The notes beneath the pieces are model-generated. The model was given only the letters and a program-made list of their open reading frames with translations, did no database searches and was not told the origin of the DNA. Below, one piece after another: positions 26,509 to 33,873 of a stretch of 34,109 nt of DNA; the stretch's first letter is position 1; every line of letters begins with the position of its first letter. A program made the translations under genes and the position numbers. Source of the DNA: Deltaproteobacteria bacterium (GTDB taxonomy: Bacteria; Myxococcota; UBA727; JABDBI01); NCBI GenBank assembly GCA_016432245.1, contig CP066680.1, forward strand, positions 1 through 34,109, written 5' to 3'.

Positions 26509-26772
26509 AGTGACTTTTTCTGTTATTTAGTAATTTTTTTTTAAAAAAAGTTGGGAGTCTTTTAAAGATTCATTGAAATGATAAAAAAAAGATGTAATAG
26601 TATTTTTGGTGCGAGCATGCTGAATGGATAGTGTGCTTGATGGTTCTTTTTGCGTAAGTGAAAAGAGGTAGGACATGTGGAAAGGTCATATAAGATTTTC
26701 TTATGCGATTTCTTAAACTAAGTTTGGATTTTAAATTTAGCTGCATGTCTGAGTTTTAGTGGGGGATATGTT

Positions 26773-28869
26773 ATGTTAAAAGCTAAAACGTTATTTTGGG
26801 CTGTTTTATCAGCTTTAATTATTCAAGTTGGTTGTGGAAAATCTATCGAATTGCCATTCTTAAAGAAGGGAAGTAAAGAAGTTAAAGTTAACAAAGAAGT
26901 TAAAATTAACAAAGAAGTGGCAATAGAGAATGTTACAAAAGAAGGATCGAAGGATGAATTAGTGGATTCTGAAATGAATATTGGGGAAAATATGGAGAAA
27001 AAAGAAGAAGCAGGTGTTAGTATGAATCTAAGTCTGCCAAGTGATGAGGTAATCGCAGCTTCAATGACCTATGTTGCTCCAGGTTCATATGATGAATTTT
27101 ACTGGTTCATGTCAGGTGGTTATAGTGGGCAAGTTTCAGTTTATGGAATTCCATCAGGAAGATTGTTTAAGATTATTCCAGTGTTTTCCTTATTTCCAGA
27201 AAATGGATATGGATTTGAGGAAGAGACAAAAGATATGTTGCTAACTTCATATGGACATATACCATGGGATGACTCTCATCATCCAGAGGTATCATTGACT
27301 AAAGGAGAGCAAGATGGAAGGTGGCTTTTTATAAATGGAAATAATACACCACGAATCGCACGTATCGATTTAAAGTCTTTTGAAACGACTCAAATTATTG
27401 AGATCCCAAATTCTGCAGGGAACCATGGGTCTCCTTTTCTTACTGAAAATACAGAGTATTTGATGGCATCTACGCGGTTTTCAATTCCGATATTGCAATC
27501 TAACGTAGCAATTCAAGATGCTGCTAAAGGAAAGTTTAAAGGTACAATTTCTTTGGTAAGTGTTGATAAAGATACGGGAGATATGAATTTAAAGGGACAA
27601 GTTTTGGTACCAGGATATGATTATGACATTGCTCATTGTGGAAAAGGTGCGTCCCATGATTGGTGTTTTTTTACATCCTATAATACAGAACAAGCTTACG
27701 AGATGTTAGAAAGTAATTCTGCTAAAAATGAAAAAGATTATATTTTGGCATTTAATTGGGTTGGTGCGCAAAAGTGTTTTAATGATGGGAAGGCAAAAAA
27801 TGTTACTACAGCGTACTATAGGAATACGCATCCTGAGAATAAGCCGACAGTTTCGGAAAAGTTTACTAAGACAAAGTTGTTAGATCCTAAGGATTGTCCA
27901 GGAATAATGTATTATTTGCCAACGCCTAAAAATCCACATGGGTGCGATGTTGATCCGACAGGGGAATATATAGTTGCGGGTGGAAAGCTAGCTTCAATGA
28001 TACCGGTTCATTCTTTTTCTAAGTTTATGCAAGCAAAAGATAATATGGACAGTAGAGAAAGTGTAATCGACGGAATTCCCGTATTGAAGTATGAATCTAC
28101 TTTGGCAGCAGAGGTTAGTAAGCCATGCATAGGACCGCTTCATACTGAATTTGATGGCAATGGGTATGGGTATACATCATGCTTTGTAAGTTCAGAGGTT
28201 GTAAAGTGGAAATTAGGGACATGGGAAATTGTAGATAGAGTTCCTTCGTATTATAGTATAGGGCATTTGAGTATTTCTGGAGGAGATTCTGCAAAGCCGA
28301 ATCCAAAATATTTACTTGCTTTAAATAAGATAACTAAGGATAGATATCTTCCTGTTGGCGCAGAGCTTGCTCATAGTGCACAGTTGTATAGCCTTGGAGG
28401 CGATAAAATGAAATTACTTTTAGATTTTCCAACGGTTGGTGAGCCGCATTATGCACAAGGAGTTCCGGCTTCATTGTTGCAGGATAATGCACAAAGGATC
28501 TACAGACTAGATCATAATGCTCATCCATATGCAACAAAGCAAGAATCAGAAGCAAAAGTTGTCAGAGCGAAAAACGTTGTACATGTTTATATGACAGCAA
28601 TTCGTTCTCATTTTAAACCTGACACTGTTGAAGTAAAAGTAGGAGATGTTGTATATTTTCATGTAACGAATCTAGAACAGGATTATGATATTCCACATGG
28701 GTTTGCAGTTAAGGGTTCAAAAAACTCTGGAGTGTTAATTATGCCGGGCCAGACGAAAACAGTTAAATGGAATGCTGAAAAAGCAGGAATTTATCCGTTT
28801 TACTGCAGTGACTTCTGTTCAGCGTTGCATCAAGAAATGCAGCAGTATATTTTAGTAAAGGGAAAGTAA
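26773..28869 (+). CDS. nosZ: Nitrous-oxide reductase NosZ, clade II (Sec-type / lipoprotein-type signal)
   Basis: - The C-terminal CuA motif is present: HGFAV...CSDFCSALHQEM.
- The CuZ-region motif is WDDSHHPE, that is DxHH without the extra His of DxHHxH, as reported for atypical clade II enzymes.
- There is no twin-arginine motif. The signal peptide ends in IIQVGC.
- There is no C-terminal cytochrome domain.
- Length is 698 aa. Confidence 0.93.
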   Translation: MLKAKTLFWAVLSALIIQVGCGKSIELPFLKKGSKEVKVNKEVKINKEVAIENVTKEGSKDELVDSEMNIGENMEKKEEAGVSMNLSLPSDEVIAASMTYVAPGSYDEFYWFMSGGYSGQVSVYGIPSGRLFKIIPVFSLFPENGYGFEEETKDMLLTSYGHIPWDDSHHPEVSLTKGEQDGRWLFINGNNTPRIARIDLKSFETTQIIEIPNSAGNHGSPFLTENTEYLMASTRFSIPILQSNVAIQDAAKGKFKGTISLVSVDKDTGDMNLKGQVLVPGYDYDIAHCGKGASHDWCFFTSYNTEQAYEMLESNSAKNEKDYILAFNWVGAQKCFNDGKAKNVTTAYYRNTHPENKPTVSEKFTKTKLLDPKDCPGIMYYLPTPKNPHGCDVDPTGEYIVAGGKLASMIPVHSFSKFMQAKDNMDSRESVIDGIPVLKYESTLAAEVSKPCIGPLHTEFDGNGYGYTSCFVSSEVVKWKLGTWEIVDRVPSYYSIGHLSISGGDSAKPNPKYLLALNKITKDRYLPVGAELAHSAQLYSLGGDKMKLLLDFPTVGEPHYAQGVPASLLQDNAQRIYRLDHNAHPYATKQESEAKVVRAKNVVHVYMTAIRSHFKPDTVEVKVGDVVYFHVTNLEQDYDIPHGFAVKGSKNSGVLIMPGQTKTVKWNAEKAGIYPFYCSDFCSALHQEMQQYILVKGK
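26875..26919 (+). repeat. Tandem 18-bp repeat (2.5 copies) in the NosZ N-terminal linker
   Basis: The units are aaagaagttaaagttaac (26875-26892), aaagaagttaaaattaac (26893-26910) and aaagaagtg (26911-26919). They encode KEVKVN-KEVKIN-KEV. Confidence 0.9.
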
Positions 28870-28882
28870 ACCAAGAAAGACA

Positions 28883-29506
28883 ATGCGTGTATTAAAATTT
28901 AATCATGTTTTGGTAGGCCTCAGCATAATTTTTATGTTTGGGGCTTATTTTTTCCCAATTTGGCAAATAAGGTTGGCGGCTCCACAATATCCAGAAGGGT
29001 TAGGAATGGAGATATGGCTTAATAAGATAGTTGGTGTTGGAGAATTCGATTTGCAGAATATCAATCTACTAAATCACTATATCGGAATGGCGACAATAAA
29101 TGAACATAATATTTCAGAGTTGCAATATATGCCATATATGGTGTTTGCGTTGATGTTTTTTTCTTTTATTATTCTCTGTATTGATCGATCATTTGCTTTA
29201 AATCTATTGTTTAAGGGGTTGCTAGCAATTGGTCTTGTTGGTGTTTTTGATTTTTGGTATTGGGAGTATTCCTATGGGCATAATTTGAATCCAAAAGCAT
29301 CTATTAAGATCCCGGGTATGACGTATCAACCTCCGTTTTTGGGTTGTGAGAATTTATTAAATATTGTAGCATGTAGTTATCCAGGAATCGGTTTTATCTT
29401 GATTGGATTAGCTGGTTTTTGTATTTTCATTGCAGTTTTTAAGCAAAAAATTGTTGAAATTTTAAAGAGCACTGCTGAAAAGGAATTAGAGGAGATTGTG
29501 GAGTGA
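28883..29506 (+). CDS. nosB: Integral membrane protein with about 4 TM helices, NosB-like (conserved partner downstream of clade II nosZ)
   Basis: It has four hydrophobic segments: VLVGLSIIFMFGAYFFPIW, MPYMVFALMFFSFIILCI, LLAIGLVGVFDFWYW and GFILIGLAGFCIFIAVF. It lies immediately 3' of a clade-II-type nosZ, and its end overlaps nosL in a GTGA overlap. The name is assigned from gene context only. Confidence 0.5.
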   Translation: MRVLKFNHVLVGLSIIFMFGAYFFPIWQIRLAAPQYPEGLGMEIWLNKIVGVGEFDLQNINLLNHYIGMATINEHNISELQYMPYMVFALMFFSFIILCIDRSFALNLLFKGLLAIGLVGVFDFWYWEYSYGHNLNPKASIKIPGMTYQPPFLGCENLLNIVACSYPGIGFILIGLAGFCIFIAVFKQKIVEILKSTAEKELEEIVE

Positions 29507-29904
29507 GGGAGTTTGTGTTATTGCTGTGTTTTGTTTTGATAGGCTGTCAATATAGAGAACCGCTAGATGAAACGCATCGAGGAAAGGCTCAGTGTGCCAA
29601 TTGTAAAATGAATATAGTAGATTATAAGTTTCGATCTATAATTATAACGGAGAAAGGCAAAATAATTCCATTTGATTCCATAGAGTGTTTGCTTGGGTGG
29701 GGGCGTATTTATAGAAAAAAATGTCAAGTTTTTTTTTCTGATTTTAGGGCTCCGGATACTTTAATCGTAGGGAAAAAAGCTTTTATCTTAAAAAGTGATA
29801 AAAGACCATCTCCGATGGGAGGTGGATTAAGTGCATATTCAACTTTAGAATCTGTATTACAGGCACAAAGACAAGTTGGAGGCGTAAGGATTGAAATTAA
29901 ATGA
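29503..29904 (+). CDS. nosL: Copper chaperone lipoprotein NosL (GTG start)
   Basis: It has a perfect lipobox LIGC and the NosL-type CANCKM motif. Its size is about 130 aa. A GAGGAG Shine-Dalgarno lies upstream. The GTG start overlaps the nosB stop codon. Confidence 0.8.
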   Translation: MREFVLLLCFVLIGCQYREPLDETHRGKAQCANCKMNIVDYKFRSIIITEKGKIIPFDSIECLLGWGRIYRKKCQVFFSDFRAPDTLIVGKKAFILKSDKRPSPMGGGLSAYSTLESVLQAQRQVGGVRIEIK

Positions 29905-31091
29905 ATATATTTTTTTTATTATTAGGAATCTGTTTTAGTAATTTTGCTTATGCAATCGATATTCACCATCTAATAGAGATTGCTAAGCCTTTCGATGAAA
30001 TAACAATTCCTTTCGGAGCGTATAAGGTTGGGACAATTTTAATTGATAAGCCGTTGACAATAAAGGGAATAGGTATGCCTATTTTGGATGGACAGGGAGA
30101 AAAGAACACAGTAAAAATTGAGGCGCCAGATGTGATAATTGAGGGTTTTGAAATTATTGGATCTGGATATAGTGAAGTGGCAGAATATGCAGGGGTTAAG
30201 ATAGAAGCAGGAGAAAGATGTGAGGTTAAAAATAATAAATTTAACAATAATACATATTCAGTTTTCCTCGTAAAGTCAAAAGATTGTCGGATTTTTAATA
30301 ACATTATTAGTGCAGATGCAAAATATGAAGCTACAAGTGGAAATGGTGTTCATTTATGGAATTGTAAAGGTATAATTGTTGAAGATAATGTTATACGAGG
30401 ACATCGGGATGGAATATATATAGAGTTTACAACAGATTCGATGATAAAAAATAATTTATCTGAGCAAAATATTCGATATGGCCTTCATTTTATGTATTCA
30501 CATAGAAATAAATATGTAAGAAATTCTTTTTTAAACAATCAAACAGGAGTCGCAGTAATGTATTCAAAAAATATTGAAATGCTTGAGAATGATTTTCAAA
30601 AGAGCTGGGGACGGTCTTCTTATGGGTTGTTATTAAAGGATATTTCAGATAGTTATATAGGGTATAATAGTTTTAGGGGAAATACAATGGGAATTGTATG
30701 TGATGCCGCAAGTAGAAATATTTTTATTGGAAATTCTGTTAAGGATAATGGATGGGCTTTAAATATACTAGGGAATTCAGAGTCTAATTTTTTTAAGAAC
30801 AATGTTTTTATTTCTAACTTTTTTGACGCAATGACAAATGCTGAAAGAACCACAAATGTATTTTGGGGAAATTATTGGAATTTATATTTTGGATATGACT
30901 TAAATTATGATGGAATAGGGGATTCTCCATATAGGCCTATGAAGATGTTCGCTAAATGGGTTGCAAAATATCCGGAATTAACAGTTTTATTAGGATCGCC
31001 TGTAGTAGAGTTTTTAGAAATTGCAGAAAAGGTCTTTCCAATTCTTACGCCAATTACATTTATGGATTCAGCTCCATTAATGAGGAGGTAA
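29901..31091 (+). CDS. nosD: NosD, periplasmic beta-helix (CASH-domain) component of the NosDFY system
   Basis: It has an N-terminal signal and many ~22-aa N/G/I-rich repeat turns (...NN.I.....GI.L...) typical of parallel beta-helix NosD. It lies between nosL and the ABC ATPase gene, and its start overlaps nosL (ATGA). Confidence 0.85.
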   Translation: MNIFFLLLGICFSNFAYAIDIHHLIEIAKPFDEITIPFGAYKVGTILIDKPLTIKGIGMPILDGQGEKNTVKIEAPDVIIEGFEIIGSGYSEVAEYAGVKIEAGERCEVKNNKFNNNTYSVFLVKSKDCRIFNNIISADAKYEATSGNGVHLWNCKGIIVEDNVIRGHRDGIYIEFTTDSMIKNNLSEQNIRYGLHFMYSHRNKYVRNSFLNNQTGVAVMYSKNIEMLENDFQKSWGRSSYGLLLKDISDSYIGYNSFRGNTMGIVCDAASRNIFIGNSVKDNGWALNILGNSESNFFKNNVFISNFFDAMTNAERTTNVFWGNYWNLYFGYDLNYDGIGDSPYRPMKMFAKWVAKYPELTVLLGSPVVEFLEIAEKVFPILTPITFMDSAPLMRR

Positions 31092-31093
31092 AA

Positions 31094-31792
31094 ATGGATG
31101 ATTTAGTATTAGAGATTCAAGGTTTAAGGAAAAGCTATAAAAAGCAATGTGTCTTGCAACATGTGAATTTACAGGTGCAACATTCTTCAATATGTGCTTT
31201 GCTTGGACCGAATGGTTCAGGGAAAACAACGTTGCTAAAGATAATTTTAGGGCTTATATATCCCACTTCGTATATATTATTTAAAAACATCGACAAAGAG
31301 GATATTAGGTATATGCCACAGCATCCAAACTTTCCGCCAAATATAAAAGTTAGCGAATTATTGTCACTTATTCAAAGTTTAAAAAAACAAAAAGGCGAAG
31401 ATTTGGAAGAGCTTATTTACACTTTTTCAGTAGAATCTTTTTTAGATAAATGCATAAGAGAGTTATCTGGCGGAATGAAGCAAAGGGTAAATATTGTACA
31501 AGCATTTATGTTTCCAGGGTATTTGTATTTGCTAGATGAGCCAACAATGGGGCTAGATCCTCATGTTGCATTTTTATTTAAAAATCTTTTGAGAAGGAAA
31601 AGAGATCAAGGAGCTGCAATATTATTTACATCTCACATTATGAGCGAAGTGGAACAGCTTGCAGATGAATTAGTGCTTATGATTGAAGGATATGTGTATA
31701 TGCAGAGTGATCCGCAAACTATCATCACAGAGGGAGATGCTATGAATTTAGAGCAAGCACTACATCATTATTGGATTGCAAAGGTAGATTAA
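31094..31792 (+). CDS. nosF: NosF, ABC-type ATPase; the start is trimmed from the ORF-track 30956 to the ATG at 31094
   Basis: It has Walker A GPNGSGKTT, the signature LSGGMKQR and Walker B LYLLDEPTMGLD. An AGGAGG lies 5 nt upstream of the ATG at 31094. The longer ORF would overlap nosD by 136 nt, and that extra segment has no homology. Confidence 0.9.
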   Translation: MDDLVLEIQGLRKSYKKQCVLQHVNLQVQHSSICALLGPNGSGKTTLLKIILGLIYPTSYILFKNIDKEDIRYMPQHPNFPPNIKVSELLSLIQSLKKQKGEDLEELIYTFSVESFLDKCIRELSGGMKQRVNIVQAFMFPGYLYLLDEPTMGLDPHVAFLFKNLLRRKRDQGAAILFTSHIMSEVEQLADELVLMIEGYVYMQSDPQTIITEGDAMNLEQALHHYWIAKVD

Positions 31793-31793
31793 A

Positions 31794-32558
31794 ATGAAAA
31801 CTATTATATTTTACGAACTAAAAGAGATGATTAGAAATAAATGGTGGTTAGGGTATGGGTTGTCTTTTTTTATATTAAGTTCACTTATTTTTCATACAGG
31901 GGTTACGGAGTCATTAAGGGCAAGTGCATCATTGTTAAATTTAGTGCTGTTGCTTGTGCCGTTATTTTCATTGGTTTTTGGATCTATAAGCTTTGTAGAG
32001 AATATGCCATTTCAAGAGGTTTTATTGGCAATTCCAACAAGTAGGTTTTCTATATTTTTTGGCAAATGGCTTGGATTATCGATTGGTTTATCTTTGTCTT
32101 TTGTATTAGGAATGGGAGTATCTTCTCTTTGGTATTCTGTAAACGTAGTATTTCTAATGGGTTTAGGGGTGGTTTTAACATTTATATTTGTTAGTATTTC
32201 TTTTTTGTTGTCAAATTTTTTAAAAAAGAAAGAATTAATTTTTGGAATTGTTCTGCTTATATGGTTGTTATTTTTTTTAGTGTATGATGTTGCGATAATG
32301 GCAATAGTATCCTTATTGAGTGATTACCCATTGGAAAAATTAATAGTGTTGTTGGTTTTTTTTAATCCTATTGATGTTGTGCGAACAATGGTAACTATAC
32401 AAGAGGATTTATCTGCCATGATGGGATATTCAGGTGCATTGTTTTATAAATATTTTGGGAGTGGAATGGGAGTTTCTCTTTGTGGAGGGATATTGATATT
32501 GTGGATTCTTTTTCCACTAATCTTAGGATATTGGAAATATAAACGGAAAGACCTGTAA
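31794..32558 (+). CDS. nosY: NosY, ABC-2-type membrane permease
   Basis: It is a hydrophobic protein with about 6 TM helices, 254 aa long, starting 1 nt after the nosF stop codon in the canonical nosDFY order. Confidence 0.85.
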   Translation: MKTIIFYELKEMIRNKWWLGYGLSFFILSSLIFHTGVTESLRASASLLNLVLLLVPLFSLVFGSISFVENMPFQEVLLAIPTSRFSIFFGKWLGLSIGLSLSFVLGMGVSSLWYSVNVVFLMGLGVVLTFIFVSISFLLSNFLKKKELIFGIVLLIWLLFFLVYDVAIMAIVSLLSDYPLEKLIVLLVFFNPIDVVRTMVTIQEDLSAMMGYSGALFYKYFGSGMGVSLCGGILILWILFPLILGYWKYKRKDL

Positions 32559-32559
32559 T

Positions 32560-33297
32560 ATGAGAAATATTGTGTATGTTGTTTTCAGCTATTTTATAGT
32601 CTCAATTGGATTTTTGGTTAGTGGAGAAATGATTAGAGTTCCAGATGGGTTATATCATCCACTTACAATAGGGAACGATTTAGATTTTGAATATGTCAAA
32701 TCCTTTGAAATAGATCAGTATCCAGTAACTGTATTTGAGTATTTGAGGTTTTTAAAAGAGAATCCACATTGGGTAAGGTCGCAAGCGTCACCTATATATG
32801 TAGGATTTTCTTATTTGAAAAACTGGAAGAGTGACTTTGATCCAGGAGAAAAAGTTGAGTTACAAGCACCTGTTTCTCAAGTTTCATGGTTTGCTGCAAA
32901 GTATTTTTGTCATTACTATGGGAAGAGATTACCTACATTGGCTGAGTGGGAATATATAGCAGCAGAGCCTATGCCTTCAATTAAGAAAATCCTTACATTT
33001 TATATTAAACAAGACTTGCATGCGTCAACAAAGGTTGGCTTCTCTTATAAAAATAGAAATGGCATATATGGTTTGCATGGGTTGGTTTTTGAATGGGTAT
33101 TTGATTACGATTCGGATGTTTATCTTGGAGATGGAAGAGAAAGTAGTGAAGCAGAAAAGGTTGAATCTTTTTGTGGGGGAGGTGCTTTTGGAGTTTCAGA
33201 CCTGGCTAATTATCCAGCTTTTATTAGAAAATCATTTCGAAATAATTTGTATGCACAGTATTCTTCAACCAATTTAGGATTTAGGTGTGTTAAATGA
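32560..33297 (+). CDS. Formylglycine-generating-enzyme (SUMF1/FGE-sulfatase) family protein with an N-terminal membrane anchor or signal
   Basis: It has the family blocks YPVTVFEYLRFL, PVSQVSWFAAKYFCHYYGKRLPTLAEWEYIA, GLHGLVFEWVFD and LGFRCV. It starts 1 nt after the nosY stop codon and overlaps the sco start (ATGA). Confidence 0.8.
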   Translation: MRNIVYVVFSYFIVSIGFLVSGEMIRVPDGLYHPLTIGNDLDFEYVKSFEIDQYPVTVFEYLRFLKENPHWVRSQASPIYVGFSYLKNWKSDFDPGEKVELQAPVSQVSWFAAKYFCHYYGKRLPTLAEWEYIAAEPMPSIKKILTFYIKQDLHASTKVGFSYKNRNGIYGLHGLVFEWVFDYDSDVYLGDGRESSEAEKVESFCGGGAFGVSDLANYPAFIRKSFRNNLYAQYSSTNLGFRCVK

Positions 33298-33860
33298 TTT
33301 TTTGTCATAAGATGTTGCTTTTATATTATTCTATTTCAGTTTTATCGGCTAGCTTGCATGAAAAATATTCTTTCCCTTTATATACCATAAATTCAGTTTG
33401 GTATGATGATAATGGGAATCTGACCACGATGCAGTCTTTAAGAGGAGGGGTGAAAATATTTCTCATGGCTTATACGGGCTGTGAGGCTGCATGCCCCTTA
33501 TTAATAGAGGAAATTTTGAAAATAGATAAATTTTTCAATAAAGACGGAAAGGTCAATGTTTCTTTTGTTTATTTTTCGATAGATCCGGAGAATGATACGC
33601 CTGCTCGCTTAAGAGAATATAGGGAAAAAAATGGATTATCGAGAGCAAAGTGGACCCTTCTTACTTCCGATGAAAACACGGTTAGAGAACTGGCTGCTGT
33701 ATTGGGCTTTAAAATGAAAAAAGACGCAAGGGGATATTCTCATTCTAATTTGTTAACTGTAATAAATCAGAGTGGTCTTATAATGCATCAGCAGCATGAG
33801 ATCAATCAAATACAAACAGAAGCTACTATAGAAGGCATTAAGCAGGTCTTAAGCGAATAG
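33294..33860 (+). CDS. Sco1/SenC-family copper chaperone (thioredoxin fold)
   Basis: It has the CxxxCP motif YTGCEAACP and a downstream conserved His (YSHSNLL), plus an N-terminal hydrophobic anchor. Length is 188 aa. Confidence 0.85.
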   Translation: MIFCHKMLLLYYSISVLSASLHEKYSFPLYTINSVWYDDNGNLTTMQSLRGGVKIFLMAYTGCEAACPLLIEEILKIDKFFNKDGKVNVSFVYFSIDPENDTPARLREYREKNGLSRAKWTLLTSDENTVRELAAVLGFKMKKDARGYSHSNLLTVINQSGLIMHQQHEINQIQTEATIEGIKQVLSE

Positions 33861-33873
33861 ATAGGAGGAACGT

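Noticed and set aside
26509-26560. Rho-independent terminator after the cytochrome c gene
   Set aside because: Only A/T-only pairing (T9/A7) and a 7-bp stem with a 25-nt loop are available. There is no GC-rich stem followed by a U tract.
30956-31093. N-terminal 46-aa extension of nosF
   Set aside because: It lies inside nosD in another frame. A perfect AGGAGG precedes the internal ATG at 31094, which is where ABC-ATPase homology begins.
3416-33277. Short antisense or alternative-frame ORFs (3416-3601, 3870-4058, 6361-6597, 7294-7494, 7814-8029, 17464-17649, 19478-19678, 21094-21306, 24210-24416, 26035-26244, 28115-28306, 28334-28555, 29963-30304, 30653-30853, 31841-32044, 33020-33277)
   Set aside because: All are nested within well-supported longer genes and have no recognisable motifs or start signals. 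They are typical shadow ORFs.
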